Assembly: GCA_000165425.1 (NCBI GenBank)
Contig: CT868048.1
Location: forward strand, 124,001 to 188,000
From: Paramecium tetraurelia
Taxonomy: Eukaryota
Direction of reading: 5' to 3'
Length of the DNA stretch: 64,000 nt
Notes under the pieces: generated by a model
Told to the model about the DNA's origin: nothing
Database searches by the model: none
What the model saw: only the letters and a program-made list of their open reading frames with translations
Shown here: positions 41,425 to 54,660 of the stretch, one piece after another
Position numbering within the stretch: position 1 is the stretch's first letter
How the letters are laid out: every line of letters begins with the position of its first letter
Position numbers and translations under genes: made by a program

Positions 41425-43011
41425 ATGTAGAGAAAAATAGAGTGCTATAACAAAGGACTATTTAATTCAATGTCATAATTTGAACCTAAATATAGACCCA
41501 ACGGTAAGACTAGTTTAGGTACTGGATCTTTCGGAACAGTTAATTTGGTGTAGAATATCAAATCAAAACAACTTTATGCTATAAAATCCATTTAATAATG
41601 CAACATACAAACTCCATATGAATAGGAAGGAGTTGAAAGAGAAATTAAAGTCCATTTAAAATGTCGACATCCAAATATAGTTAACCTATATGACAGTTTT
41701 ATTGAACAAGGGAATGTGTATATGGTATTGGAGTATGCTGAAAATGGGAATCTTTATAATTATGTACAAAGAAGAAAGAGATTGGAGGAAAAGGAAGCCT
41801 GCAAATACTTCATATAGACTTGTAAAGCATTGTAATATTTACACGAAATGAATGTTTTCCATAGAGATATTAAGGTATAATATCACATTTATTGATTAAA
41901 GCCTGAAAATTTGTTGCTTGATAATAATAATGACCTCAAATTATGCGATTTTGGGTGGTGTGCTGAGAATATCCATCTAAAAAGAAAGACGTTTTGTGGA
42001 ACTTATGAGTACATGGCTCCAGAAATAGTATCTGATTTGCCATATGATTATAAAATAGACATTTGGTCAGTTGGAGTACTATTGTATGAATTATTGCACG
42101 GTTATGCTCCATTCAAAGGAAAGGAATATAAGGAAATAGCATAAAATATAAAGAATGGTTTGATTCGATATTCTAGTACAATTAGTTAAGATGCATAAGA
42201 ATTGATCAAAAATATTTTACAAAAAGATCCCTAATCAAGACTATCTTTTAAGGATATTTACTAATCTGCTTTTGTCTAGAGATGTTTTCCTTAATAATAA
42301 GGATGTAAAATTAATTAAATTATATCATAGAATTGAAAATATCAATGTCTCCAAAATCTAGTACTTCCATTGATCAAAATTCAATACAAAAATATCAATC
42401 TCCCTTGATTAGTCATAAATAACAACCTTTTGGTAGACTAAATTAAAATAATACTAATAATAACCTAAATAATTCTTCTTCCTTAAGTATTAAATCTCCT
42501 AATATATCTAAAACCAGAGTTGATTCTAAAAAGTAATAAAATATCTTTGATGATATAAAAAAGAAAATTATCTATGAATAAACTAGTCCTTTAAGAGATG
42601 CTACAAATAATCATAAAAGAAATCAAGCTAGCTTGACTAATTTAATAAAAAGTTCAAATACTAAACTCAATACCATAAAAAGTCCATAGCCAAAAAAAAT
42701 ATAACTTAGTAAATACTGTTCTAAATCTAAAAACTTTGATGAAAATGGAACTGTTAAATTATTAGATTAGTTTAAATCAATGCCATCATTCACAATTGAA
42801 GATTAGAAGCCAACATATGAGGAAGAACATAAATTAAATATAAAAACAGATAGAGTCAAAGGGTAATTGATATTTATATCATTATAAGGTTTAAAAAAGA
42901 TCCTTAATAGTCATAAGATCTTGACAAGATTTTAAAAATGTATCTCAGCATGTGTAGCAGCAGATCCTGATTATTTATATATAAAATAATACTACTTATC
43001 AATCATTCTGA
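41425..43011 (+). CDS. Aurora-like Ser/Thr kinase (3' end uncertain)
   Basis: LGTGSFGTV, YAIK, EREIKVH, LEYAENGNLY, HRDIKPENLL, CDFGWCA, RKTFCGTYEYMAPE; stop depends on the last intron. Confidence 0.88.
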
Positions 43012-43859
43012 AGAAAGTGTTGTTTTTCTTAAAATAATCTAATGAATTTACAACTCATAAGAAATTATATTTCTATCTATTTTTGTAAAAGCGAAATTAA
43101 TTTACTTCCATTTTTAATTGAGTAATTTTCTTTATCAAACCAGATACTAGTATTTTTCAAATCATTAAATGACATTCAATATCTCAGTAATTTATGAGTA
43201 CTTTTTTATTGATAAATATTCTGAAGTATTAAATTCAATTTAGAAGAAGATTACCAATAATTAAATATTATTGATAACTAATTTTATCGGTTATTTAAAA
43301 TAAAATATGCTGGCTGAAAATGTTTAATAGATATCAAATTTAGTAATTGTGTCCTAAATTTCAAGTAAATACACTATTTCGCCATCCCTCATTATTTTTG
43401 CAACCGAATAAGAGATAGAACAAAAGAAATATATCTAATTTGATTTATATAAATAGTTAAATTTCCTTGAAAAAAGAATATTAGTAATATGTTTAGTTAT
43501 AGGAACTGAAATTCAGTACTATTTGTGAAAGTGATATTTTCATTGATATTGACTCTAAATTAATATAAATATAATAATTAGTGTGTTTATATTTGGTTTG
43601 CATGTAAATGATGAAAATTTATTATTTAAAGCAATCTTCATCATCAGATCCTGAAATTAAATCAGAAATTATTTTGGTAGAGGTTCACAGATAAGTAATC
43701 AAAATATTTGCAAACATTTATACCATTTCATGATTAATATCAGTATATAATTAGCTTAATAAATTATGATTTATATAAATGTACTATTTGAAGAAATTAT
43801 GTTGATACATATAAATCGGTATAATTCCATTAACATTATAATATAAAATATAAATCTTA

Positions 43860-44257
43860 ATGAATAGCAGTGAAAGTGTGATTGGTGTGAAAACTAGATC
43901 CATGAATGTATGTGAAAGAGTGCTTCAACCAAGAATCAAAAGGGACTATTGTCACATTTCTAAGGAAAAGAAATCATAACTGATTTAGACTGTACTGAAA
44001 CAAAAATGTAAAATAAAGAAAGTAAGATATTTTCAATATGGAAGATAGCAAGAGATTTAAATATAAACTATGCAACTGCTAAAACTATACTTCATTGTTT
44101 TAAGAAAAAATAAATAGCCTTTGATGCAGATCCCGAAGTCAAAAGGGTGTCAGTTGGCTCAATTAAGGAAGGCTCAAAACTTTGGGTCTAAATTAAAGTG
44201 GCCGATCAGATAATTAACCATTTTGAATATTTCGATGAAATCAAGAGAATCTAATGA
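43860..44257 (+). CDS. Small helix-turn-helix (homeodomain-like/psq-type) protein
   Basis: KRDYCHISKEKKSQLIQTVLKQKCKIKK|IARDLNINYATAKTILHCFRKK; one 23-nt intron. Confidence 0.75.
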
Positions 44258-45185
44258 TATATTTTTAAACCTTCTTCAAATTCATTAATCTACATATTAT
44301 TATTGCTGTCTCAATTCTCATGGCTTAAATTTGTTCCATCATTCTCAAATTAATGGAAATCACATTAAAAAGACTATGATAGAAGAAGAATTGATTATCT
44401 TAATTTATAAATAAATGAAGTTAGAAGTCATGAAGGATTGATTATTTATTGAGAAATGTACATTACTTACAACCTTATACTTTTAAAATAGAAGCTAATT
44501 TAAGCCTAAATTTGTTTCTTTAGTTCAGTGATTTAAGCAATATTATAGAATATAAAATTTATTCATATTATTTCAACCCACCTTTGATATTATTAATAAA
44601 TATAATTTAATATTCCAGCATCTCTCAAATAACAATTAGTCAAAACCATTTATGATCATATCCATTATTTACATTAAATATAATTTTTCGTTTCATTACT
44701 TGAATAGTATTTTTTGAGCATAAACAAAAAATTAATACGTCGACATTGTATAAAACATAATATTTTTAGGATTTGATTTCAATCTGCTCTTCTATTTATC
44801 GCTTTTCAAATTATTGTCTAATGTCTTCCTAATTGGTATCTCTTTGATTTCCTATTCATTTGTTGATAAGACATAAAAATTACATTTTTTATTTCTGTTT
44901 ACAATGTATATATTAAATATTCAAATTGTTTTATAAAATAATAAAAATATTTAAGTCTCTGGATTTAATACTTATAATTGATATCCATATTGCTATCTAT
45001 CAAAATGTGAAATTTATCTGCCAATTTGAAATAATTTAGTTTATATCCTTTTCTATAGATATTTGTCTTCCATCAATAATATAAATTACATATAACAAAA
45101 GCATCATTCTATTTATTAAACTGATTAATTAATAAAATAATTTAATACTAAAGTATGGAATAATAATATGAAATTTTAATAATAA

Positions 45186-46832
45186 ATGAAAAATAACAAT
45201 TAAAAACATAATCCACAATGGAAAATGTTAGATTGCGATCTTATTAGTGAAGAGTTCGAAGAACATCATCGCATCTCAGTACCTTAATTTCCAAAATTCA
45301 AAAAGCCAACGTACAATTCAATGCAAATAACAAGTAATGTCTAATACAGAATTAACGTTTGTTCCCCTGCTAAATTAGATGATACTGTTTCAATTAGTAC
45401 AAAGAAGTCAACTACAAATGTACAATTTTTGATATAATCAAGCAGAGTTAAGCTGGCAGCTGCAATTATATAGTTAACCATTACATTTAATAAATTAAAG
45501 ATCATTTTAATAAAAATACAAGGTAAACTTATAGACTTTCAACTATAGATAAGAAACAGAGGCCTAAATTATAAGAAACTTAATATCCTAAAAAGCAAAA
45601 GCCATCTATATGTTAGATATAAAATGGGCAGCCAACTATACTGCATTTCTATAAAATCAACATTCAACTATTCCTCTTGAAATATCAAATAATAATCTGT
45701 TTGTTGATGGTGATAGTCGAAATCCATATAGATAAAACCTAAAGTAAGATTTGGATTTTGTGTTAATGAATCGAAACACTTGGCAATTTTTAGTAGCAAT
45801 TTACGGAGGAGGACCTGAAATTACTTATAACGATTATTTAGGCATAAATAATGAATCTTAAGTCAACTCAAGGGAAGGATCTTTATAGAACATAGATATT
45901 AGCACTTATAATAGTTAAACATTCTAAAAATAAAAATTTATATTACCAGCAATAGGTTTATATAATGAAAACAATTACTGTTTTCTTCATGCAGCATTAC
46001 AGAGTTTGTTGTCAATAGAATAGTTGACTTGTTGGGTCTCAATTGAAGGAAAATCAAAAAGGCATGAAGATTATAAATGGATTTTATCATATTATGAGAT
46101 CATAGATCAAATATAAAATTGTAAAAAGGGTCAACATGTGAAAATTGATATATTGAAGAAACTAATTAAAAATCAATTCGCTCCTAATTTATAACATGAT
46201 TGTTAAGAATTTTTATGTTATTTAACTGAACAATTAAACAAAGAGCTGAAGTAGAATAAATATGATTAGGCCATAACTGAGATCTTATTTTAAGGATAAA
46301 TGATGCAATAAATTTAGTGCCATAAATGTAAATAAACTTCTTCGAAATTTGAGTCATTTTTTGAATTGTCTTTATCTATGAATAATATGAAAGGATTAAA
46401 ATAATGTTTAAGCTAATTTTTTGCCTAAGAAGTTCTGGATGATGATTATATGTGTAATCAATGCAATAGAACAACTAAAGCAATAAAAAAATATATGATA
46501 GGAACTGCTCCTTAATTTTTGATAATTCATCTCAAACGATTCTAAGAAAAGAAGTTACATAACTATATAGAATTTCAGAATAATTTAGATATAACTGAGT
46601 TTTGTTCTGTTAAAGCACAATACAAATTAAAATCTGTGATTGTACATTATGGAACCTAAGAAAAAGGCCATTATGTGAATTTCTCGTTAAGAGGAAATTA
46701 AGTAAAATTTAAGTTTAATTAAAGTGGTATTATTTCGACGACCATCGAGTCTAATTTGCTAGAGAGTAAGATGTTCTAAGACAATAAGCTTACATTCTAT
46801 TTTTTGAAAGATCAGATGAATAGTTACTATGA
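45186..46832 (+). CDS. Ubiquitin-specific protease (USP) with DUSP domain
   Basis: DUSP (MLDIKWAANY..DFVLMNRNTWQFLVAIYGGGPEI); Cys box GLYNENNYCFLHAALQSL; QHDCQEFL; IHLKRF; His box VHYGTQEKGHYV..WYYFDD. Confidence 0.9.
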
Positions 46833-46849
46833 ATTAAATATTTTCCATA

Positions 46850-48279
46850 TCAATTTTTATAATAATTATTTTATTTAATTGTTTAATCAAACTTTGCTAA
46901 TGCTAATTTACTTTTCATTAAGGCTTCTTCAATTCTATTTTCTAACAAACTTCTTTAACTTTTATTATAACTTAAGAGAGATTATTATGAAAAATAACTA
47001 GTATCCAATACTTTCTCTTTGTTTAATTGCAACTAACTTTGTATATTAGGTTTAGAAGTGCTGTTTATTTGATTTTTAGATCCTGATATGCCAGGAGGTT
47101 TTCTGTTGGTCTGAATTGGGGATGAATCTGGAGTTTAATATTATACATAGGATTTTGATTACTATTGTTAGATATTGTTATTATCTTATTGTTGAGTTAA
47201 TTTATTGGCAAATAATTGATTATTCTTATGGATTTCTTGGCTTTCAGATTTTAAAGTAATGGAACCTATTAAGGATATTTATTTTTGAAATTATTGTATT
47301 TTATTCTATTATAGATTTGGTTTTTGTTTCTGACTCGATTAATTATATGAAGATTATGATTAATACTCATATTCATCAAATTGATGATTGGTTGGAACCG
47401 AATCAAGTTTAAAAACTTTAAGAAGATCTTCATTAATTTCAAATTTATTTATAGAAAGCATTAAGGATTCTAAAGTACCTCTTTCCAATGGATTTATTTA
47501 AAGAATTTTAATTAGGAAAGTCTTAAAGTTATCAGAGTATTACAATTCAGAAATTCGTTAATATAGATCTTGTTCATTTAATTTCCATTCTACTTTATTG
47601 AAGAGTGTGGAAGGGTCATTTAGAGAGGCTGCCCATAAAATTGTTAAGCCAGCCTAAAAGATTTAGCATTATTCTGGATTAAGATTATTGAAATTTGATT
47701 AATTTTTGAAAAGGGCCAATTCTTCAGGAGATATATGATAATCTTCAGTGATTTGATTTATTAATTATTAGAATGATGTCATATGGTTATCAAAAAGGGA
47801 ATTGAATTTCAGATTCCCTTAATTTGAAACATATAAATTTCGTATTTCCATTGGATAAATACCATTTCTTTTTAAATAATGTAACACATCTAGAATTTGA
47901 TAAGCAAGTGACCAAAGTTAAGGTTCAGTAAAATATTGAGTTTTCTTATATCTATTAGTAATAATTGTTTTTAGATCGTTATTTATGTATTCATATACTA
48001 TATATAATTTTGTAAACGTAGAACATACTTCCTTGTAATAAATTAATAATTTACTTTGTATGTAGAAGTAGAATAGTAATGAACTTTCAACAAATTGGGA
48101 TGATCAAGTTTTTTAAAGGGCTTTGTTGATTAAGTTTGTATTTTTTCGATTACACAAATCAATTCTCCAGTCTCATTCTTTTAATACAATTTAACTTCTC
48201 CAAATCTAGGATCTATGATTTCTTGTAAATATTAGTATTAAGAGAAGTTAAATTGATATGTAGAACTGCTTGTTCCCAT
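46850..48279 (-). CDS. Protein kinase-like pseudokinase with N-myristoylation motif
   Basis: MGTSSS; DPRFGEVKLY; LDHPNLLKV; LYIVYEY; FTEPQLWSL; no HRD or DFG; ISPEEL; Q-rich tail. Confidence 0.75.
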
Positions 48280-48309
48280 ATTATATTGTTAATTTTTATA
48301 TGATAAATT

Positions 48310-49534
48310 TCAAAATGTAATTTATGTTAGAACAATTACATTTGCCAAACACTCCTCATTTTTAGAGAAGGTGTGTCTTTCTCCTTCATAATTTGGATGG
48401 TCATATATTGTGAGAGTTGTTCCAAAAGGAATCTTCAAGGACTTAATTTCATATGGGAAATCTCTAAGAGACAATAATATTCAATTGAATTACTTCATTT
48501 ATCCAAGATCATTACAGGCTTTCATGGACTCCCCTTTGTAATAGCATTAACTATATAATTCAATACATTAAGATGTTTATCTAAGGTATATTATGAGAAT
48601 TACTCTTCATTAACGTCGCCTATGTTATTTGGATCTTCGGAAGTGACTTCTTATTAGATGTTAACTTATTTGGGACCTGAATCATCTGATTGTATTTGTG
48701 ATTGATCTTCAACAACTATAATTTTAGGTTGTACTTGGTTTTCATCATTTTCTAATTGATTATCAATAATGATAGTTTAATCTTATTGATTAGTCTGTTC
48801 TATTTGATTTTGTTAAACTTCGTATTCAGGTTACGTGAATTATTACGTAACTTGATCTTAATCCATATTAGTGAGATCTGGTACTTCATTTGATTAAGCA
48901 ATCAATTATTAAGAGACAGAATCGCTGGCTTATAATGTATCATTGTTTTCAATTGAATCATCATAAAAATTATCTTCATTATTAACAGTATCTTAAACAT
49001 TTTATTGATCTGAAATTTCCTGTTGGATTTCATCGTTAACATTCATAGTGTCTGATGCATAGTTTTCATTTTAATCAGGAATGTTTTATTGAGTGTCAAT
49101 GACTTGATGATTTTCATCAATAATATTATTATTATCTACTTGTCCAATTAATTTTAAATCCTCCACTATGTTCTAACTAGCATCTTCAATGATTTCATTA
49201 TTATTCTAATCATCTTCAAACTTTCATAATTTTCAATCTAATACATAAGCACTATTTAATGGGGTTTCGTCATCTAATGATTATTATGTCTCTGATTTCT
49301 CAGATGGCTCTAATTAATTAATCATCAAATCACTATCTTATGCTGCCAAAATCTGAACATCTTTATTTTGACTCTTCTACTCGACAACCTATAAATTATC
49401 AGATGTATATTAAACATCATTCTCTTAACTACTATTCACTTAATCAAATACCCATCTAGTTACAAGAATTTCTTATGTACTGGAATACCTTAACAAAATA
49501 CTAAACAAATGAGTAAAACAACCGCGATTCTCAT
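48310..49534 (-). CDS. Secreted acidic protein with C-terminal beta/gamma-crystallin domain (dense-core granule/trichocyst candidate)
   Basis: Signal peptide MRIAVVLLICLVFC; D/E/Q-rich body; CIELYSQCYYKGES..EIKSLKIPFGTTLTIYDHPNYEGERHTF; 4 tiny introns. Confidence 0.78.
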
Positions 49535-49904
49535 TTATATTAAAACGGATTTAAATAAATATTGATATTATATAAAAACTTAACTTATGATATATAGATT
49601 TTCCTCATATTATAAATATTTATAAAGATTTCCTAAACTTCTATTTTTATCCCTGTAAATTAAATTTACAAATAATTTGCAAAATTTTTATTATAGTATA
49701 TATTTTCTATAGCAGTGCTTAACTTCAAATTCAACCAATTAATAAAACATATTAGAATTATAAATTTAACTAGAAATTAGATTAAGAAATTTAATTTTTT
49801 AAGAATAAGTACAATTAGAAAGAATCATAAGAAATGATATCAAAATACAATAGTCAACTATAAATATTATATTTAATTTGTTAATAAAAATAATAATATT
49901 GATA

Positions 49905-51049
49905 TCATAATCTTTATAATTAAGAGATTGATTCTTTGATAGCTTCTATTTCCTGATCATTTAGCCAGTGTTATCTTTATCCATTTTACCATTCTCCAAT
50001 TTTATAATGTCTCTCATCCTAATAATATATTCCTAAACCATTCTATTTGCCATCATTCCAAGTCCCAATATATTTTCTACCATCCCCAAAATAAAATATT
50101 CCATAACCTTTACTTTTTGTCATTTTCATAACTCTAGAATAGATATTATGGTCTAGCATTACTCCTTTGAAACACCTTCCATCTGGCCATCTGAGATTTC
50201 CTTCCCCGTGCAATTTATTATCTTGCCATTATCCTATATATATTCGTCCATCTGCCCATTTATAAATTCCGTATCCTGAAATTTCATTATCAACAAAATT
50301 TCCTAAAAATATCATACATTAAAGTCACCTTCATAATTGGCACCATCAGTAAATGTTAAGATACCTTATCCATTTTTTTTCCCAAATTTATATTCTCCTT
50401 GATATCTAGCACCATCTGGCCAAGCTTCAAATCCGTTGCCATGTTGATTATCATTAAACCAATCACCTTCATATTTAACTCCATTTATGTTAATATAGAT
50501 TCCTTTTCCACATGCAGTATCATCTATCCATTCACCGTCATAGATTTCTCCATCGAAATGTATCAATCTACCCTATAGTAATTACTTGATTGGATACATG
50601 CCCATTAGATTTATCTTGTTTTCATTCTCCTTCATATATTGATCCATCTGGCCATATCTATTTTCCAAATCCATCTCTCATTCCATTCAACCATTACCCT
50701 TCATATTTAGTTCCATTCGGCAATTAAAATAACTCTTTTAGAATATTCAGCTTACAGGTAGAGTTTTTCTCTCAGATGATTTCAGAGCATCTATCACTTA
50801 ATCTGGCATCCGAGCTTAAGTTTGTATCAAATTTTTAGATAATTCTTGAATTGAAATCTTGCTAGTGATTGAGTTTTTGAGTATTCCAGATTCTAAATCT
50901 TTTTGATTGGGAGGCTCAATTTAATTAGAAGTCTTGCCCTAATAGTTTTTATTCTATTTGATAGATATTTGTATCGAGTGAGATGAGATCTTTAAAGAAG
51001 TGATTTCTTCTTTCTGATAACAAACCGTTCCACATTTGCATTAACCCAT
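49905..51049 (-). CDS. MORN-repeat protein with N-terminal acylation motif
   Basis: MGQCKCGTVC; repeats [53 protein letters not shown]. Confidence 0.9.
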
Positions 51050-51397
51050 TAATTTGAAGTTATTAATATATTTATGATAATCATCTATTTCTGGCATCAA
51101 TTATTTTAATTCCTTTTCTTCTTATTTGTTTCTTTCTTGCTCTCTTCTTTTTCTTTCTTAAGCAATCTAGCACAGCAATTTATTGTTCACAAAGAGTTTA
51201 CATTTCACAAGTATAAGACATATATTAGGTGATCTAATTTATGGAAATTGATATCTATTCATCCTAAGAGCTTAGGCAATGATAGAAGACTAATTGATTG
51301 CTGAATTATTGAATGTTTAGGAACATTGCTGATTCTTCTACATATTTATGTAGACAATCTTGACATTTTTTTATATATTAATAATATTAAATTAAGA

Positions 51398-52584
51398 ATG
51401 AAGAACAGCATTATGTTTGGAGGAATCTCTTTTAATTGTGGTGATCGTTACAAATTGATAAAATTAGTTGGAACAGGTGCCTATGGTTCAGTAGTCCTGG
51501 CATTTGACTTGTAAAACAAAAATCATAAAGTTTGACTTTTATTGTTATATTTAATTAGGTAGCAATCAAAAAATTAAATTTAATAGAAGATGTAATTGAT
51601 GCAAAGAGAATCTTAAGAGAAATCAAAATCTAAAGATCAATGAATCATCATAATATTCTCAAGATTTATGATATAATATATGATTAGAAATCTGAATTCT
51701 TCGGAGACATATATATTGTGAGCCAATACTTTCCAGCAGATTTACATAAAATAATAAAAAGCAATCAAGATTTGTCAGTTGAGCATGTTTAATTCATAAT
51801 GTATCAATTATGCAAAGGACTTTACTATTTGCATTCTTCAGGTTCAATTCATAGAGACATAAAGCCTGGAAATATATTGGCAAACGAGAATTGTGAAGTC
51901 TGTTATTGTGATTTTGGATTTGCTCGAAAAAAAGATGAAATACAAGATCAAATAGATGAAAATATGACTGAATATGTTGTAACTCGACATTATAGAGCTC
52001 CTGAAATCATGTTATCTAGTTAGCAATACTCTCAACCAGTTGACATATGGTCATTGGGATGTACATTTGCAGAATTGATGACAAGAAAGATATTATTCAA
52101 CGCTCCCAATTATATTTAAATGATAAAGATGTTTTTTGATATTTTAGGTCGACCCTCAGATGAAGAATTAAATTAATTAGTAACTAATGAGAATGCATTG
52201 TCTTTCATAGAGACTCTGCCTCATAAACCAAAACAACCAGCCTCAAAGAGTGTCCCATTTCCTGATGCCAAAGCAAGAGATTTATTAGATTAGATGTTAG
52301 AAATGAATCCCAAGAATAGAATTACTGCATAAAAAGTTTACATTATCTTACATAAGTGTTTAGAACATCCCTTCTTTGAGTCTATTAGAAATTAAGTCGA
52401 AGAGATTACATTCACAGGCAATCTTGAGTGCGATTTTGAGAATGATGACACCATCACATTAGAAACCTTGAAACACTTGATCCTGGTTGAGATCAATCAC
52501 ATTAAAGCCAAAAATAAGAAAGAATTGATTAATATCGAAGAAGAAATGAAAAGAATAGGAATCATTTAATAATAACATTAATGA
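51398..52584 (+). CDS. MAP kinase (TEY activation loop)
   Basis: [56 protein letters not shown]; 2 introns. Confidence 0.95.
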
Positions 52585-52611
52585 TAATATAAATAAATAA
52601 TAATATAATTA

Positions 52612-54615
52612 ATGATGAAACTAATCGAAATTGTGGAATTGTTTGAATAATCATAAAAAGAAGAAATCAATTAAGAATTTGTATACCTCATATCTCTAAG
52701 GTAGTCTCTTATTTATTTCGTTATATATATAGTTGGATGAGAAAATTTATAGATTCTGTCAAGTTGGATGGCAAAGAAAATCTCCCCATGAAACCTATAA
52801 ATCATGATATTGTTGATGAAACAAAAGCTAACATTCTTTAGTATTGCATATAAAATTAACTAGATATTAAAATGAAGTTTACAACTCATTTTTAAAAGAT
52901 AATCTAAGATTTAATGTCGATTACATTTACGTCAACGAATAAATATGGTCATAATTGAATGTAAACTTGTTATTTATTATAAGACACTTTATGGAGGTTA
53001 CTGTATCAAAAGATAAATTAGAAATTAAAATTAAATCAATGAAATGATACATTTTCACTTTATTCCCGTTCATCAATCTCAAAAATATTACATTGAAGGA
53101 ATTTAATAATTTGATTCCTCTTGGAATATTTAGTTGGTAATTTAACATCTAGAAACTGCATTATAAAATTAATTATCATTCTAAATCCCAAAAAGAAATT
53201 TCATATAATTGTATACTCTCAAGAATGAAAAATAAACTAATTTTGTTTAAATTGTTTAAGAGCTCAAAGAAAAAACACTTGAAGTGGAAAAAATAGAAGA
53301 CATAATTTAGATGAAAGATAAAAAATATATCCTTATGGATATTAAATTGTTCAATAACGAATTCTTCTTCTAGTTCAATTCATAAATAATTGATGCTAAA
53401 AGTGAAGAATTTATAAATTAAGAATATCTTGAAAGCTGCAGAAAAGGATTATCTGTATTCGAGGATCAATAAACTTTGTTAAGTTGCATGCTTAAATGCT
53501 ATGAAAATATAGATGCTATCAGGAATTAAATCCTATAAAATTAGAACTAGAAATATAAGAATTTAAAAGAAATATTAACAGAATCATATTTTGGATTTAG
53601 TGAATATGTATATTATGAATTACTTGACTACGAGTTCTTTTAAGAGAAACAAGTGTTGATCACAAAATCCAGATATGATGCTGTGTACATTTACAACAAT
53701 GAAAACAGAATCATTGTAAATAACTAGAAGAATATAAGACAATTGGTTGAGTCTCTATTGGGTCATCCTTAATTGCAATGTGACTTTAATTCAGTTTTGT
53801 TTGAGAGCAGCAATGAATATTATACTGAAGATATAGACTTTACAAAGCCTGCATATGGTTTAAAGGAGGGTTATAAGTATTAATTGAGAAAGTTGATGTG
53901 GCAAGAACATAATATTAATAACTAAGATAGGATAGAAATTAGAGTTCATCAATGCACATATGAAAACATTGGTTATCAACAATATAAGCCCTTTGCCCCC
54001 ATAGTAAAATGTTATATAAGTTAATGGCATAAATTCTAAGATTTGCATCTACTAATCGCTAACTTATTCGAAGAAATTAATCATGAGAATTACAAAGAAT
54101 CTAGATTGAATAAGAAATATAAACTATATTTCTAAACAGACTAACAAGGATAAAAACAATGTACTTATTGTTAGCAAAAACTATGTAATAATTGCTAAGT
54201 GCCATTTAATGAAAAAGCTTTGAATTTGGGTACAAGAGTGATTAACATATATGTAATATATGAAGAAATACAACCTATCGTTACGCGTTATTAGCCATAA
54301 ATATTTGATAATTATTTTCTTAGAGACTATTTTGAAGTGGATTGGGCTCAAGATAAGATCCTCATTTTGAATATAAATTAAGATCAAATAAAACCTTATA
54401 ATCTGAAATATTATTTTGATTCACGTATGCACTTATTAAATATTTCAGATCTTTATTAGTTATAAGGGATCATAGAGAAAGTATCACAAAATGAATATTA
54501 ATGTTATTGTCAGAAATAGCAATAATGGTATCAATTCAAGCAGAATAAATTCGAGATAGTCAATCATCTGAATGATGATTTGAATGTAGTTAAATTGTTT
54601 TATATAAGAAAATGA
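52612..54615 (+). CDS. DUSP-domain protein with degenerate USP-like domain (probable pseudo-deubiquitinase)
   Basis: DUSP: YLISLSWMRKF..LKDNLRFNVDYIYVNEQIWSQLNTLYGGYCIKR; eroded Cys box KGLSVFEDQQTLLSCMLKCY; eroded His box YQLQGIIEKVSQNEYQCYCQKQQQWYQF..KLFYIRK*. Confidence 0.65.
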
Positions 54616-54660
54616 TATGATTAATTTTATAATATTTATTTAGAAATAATATAAACAATC

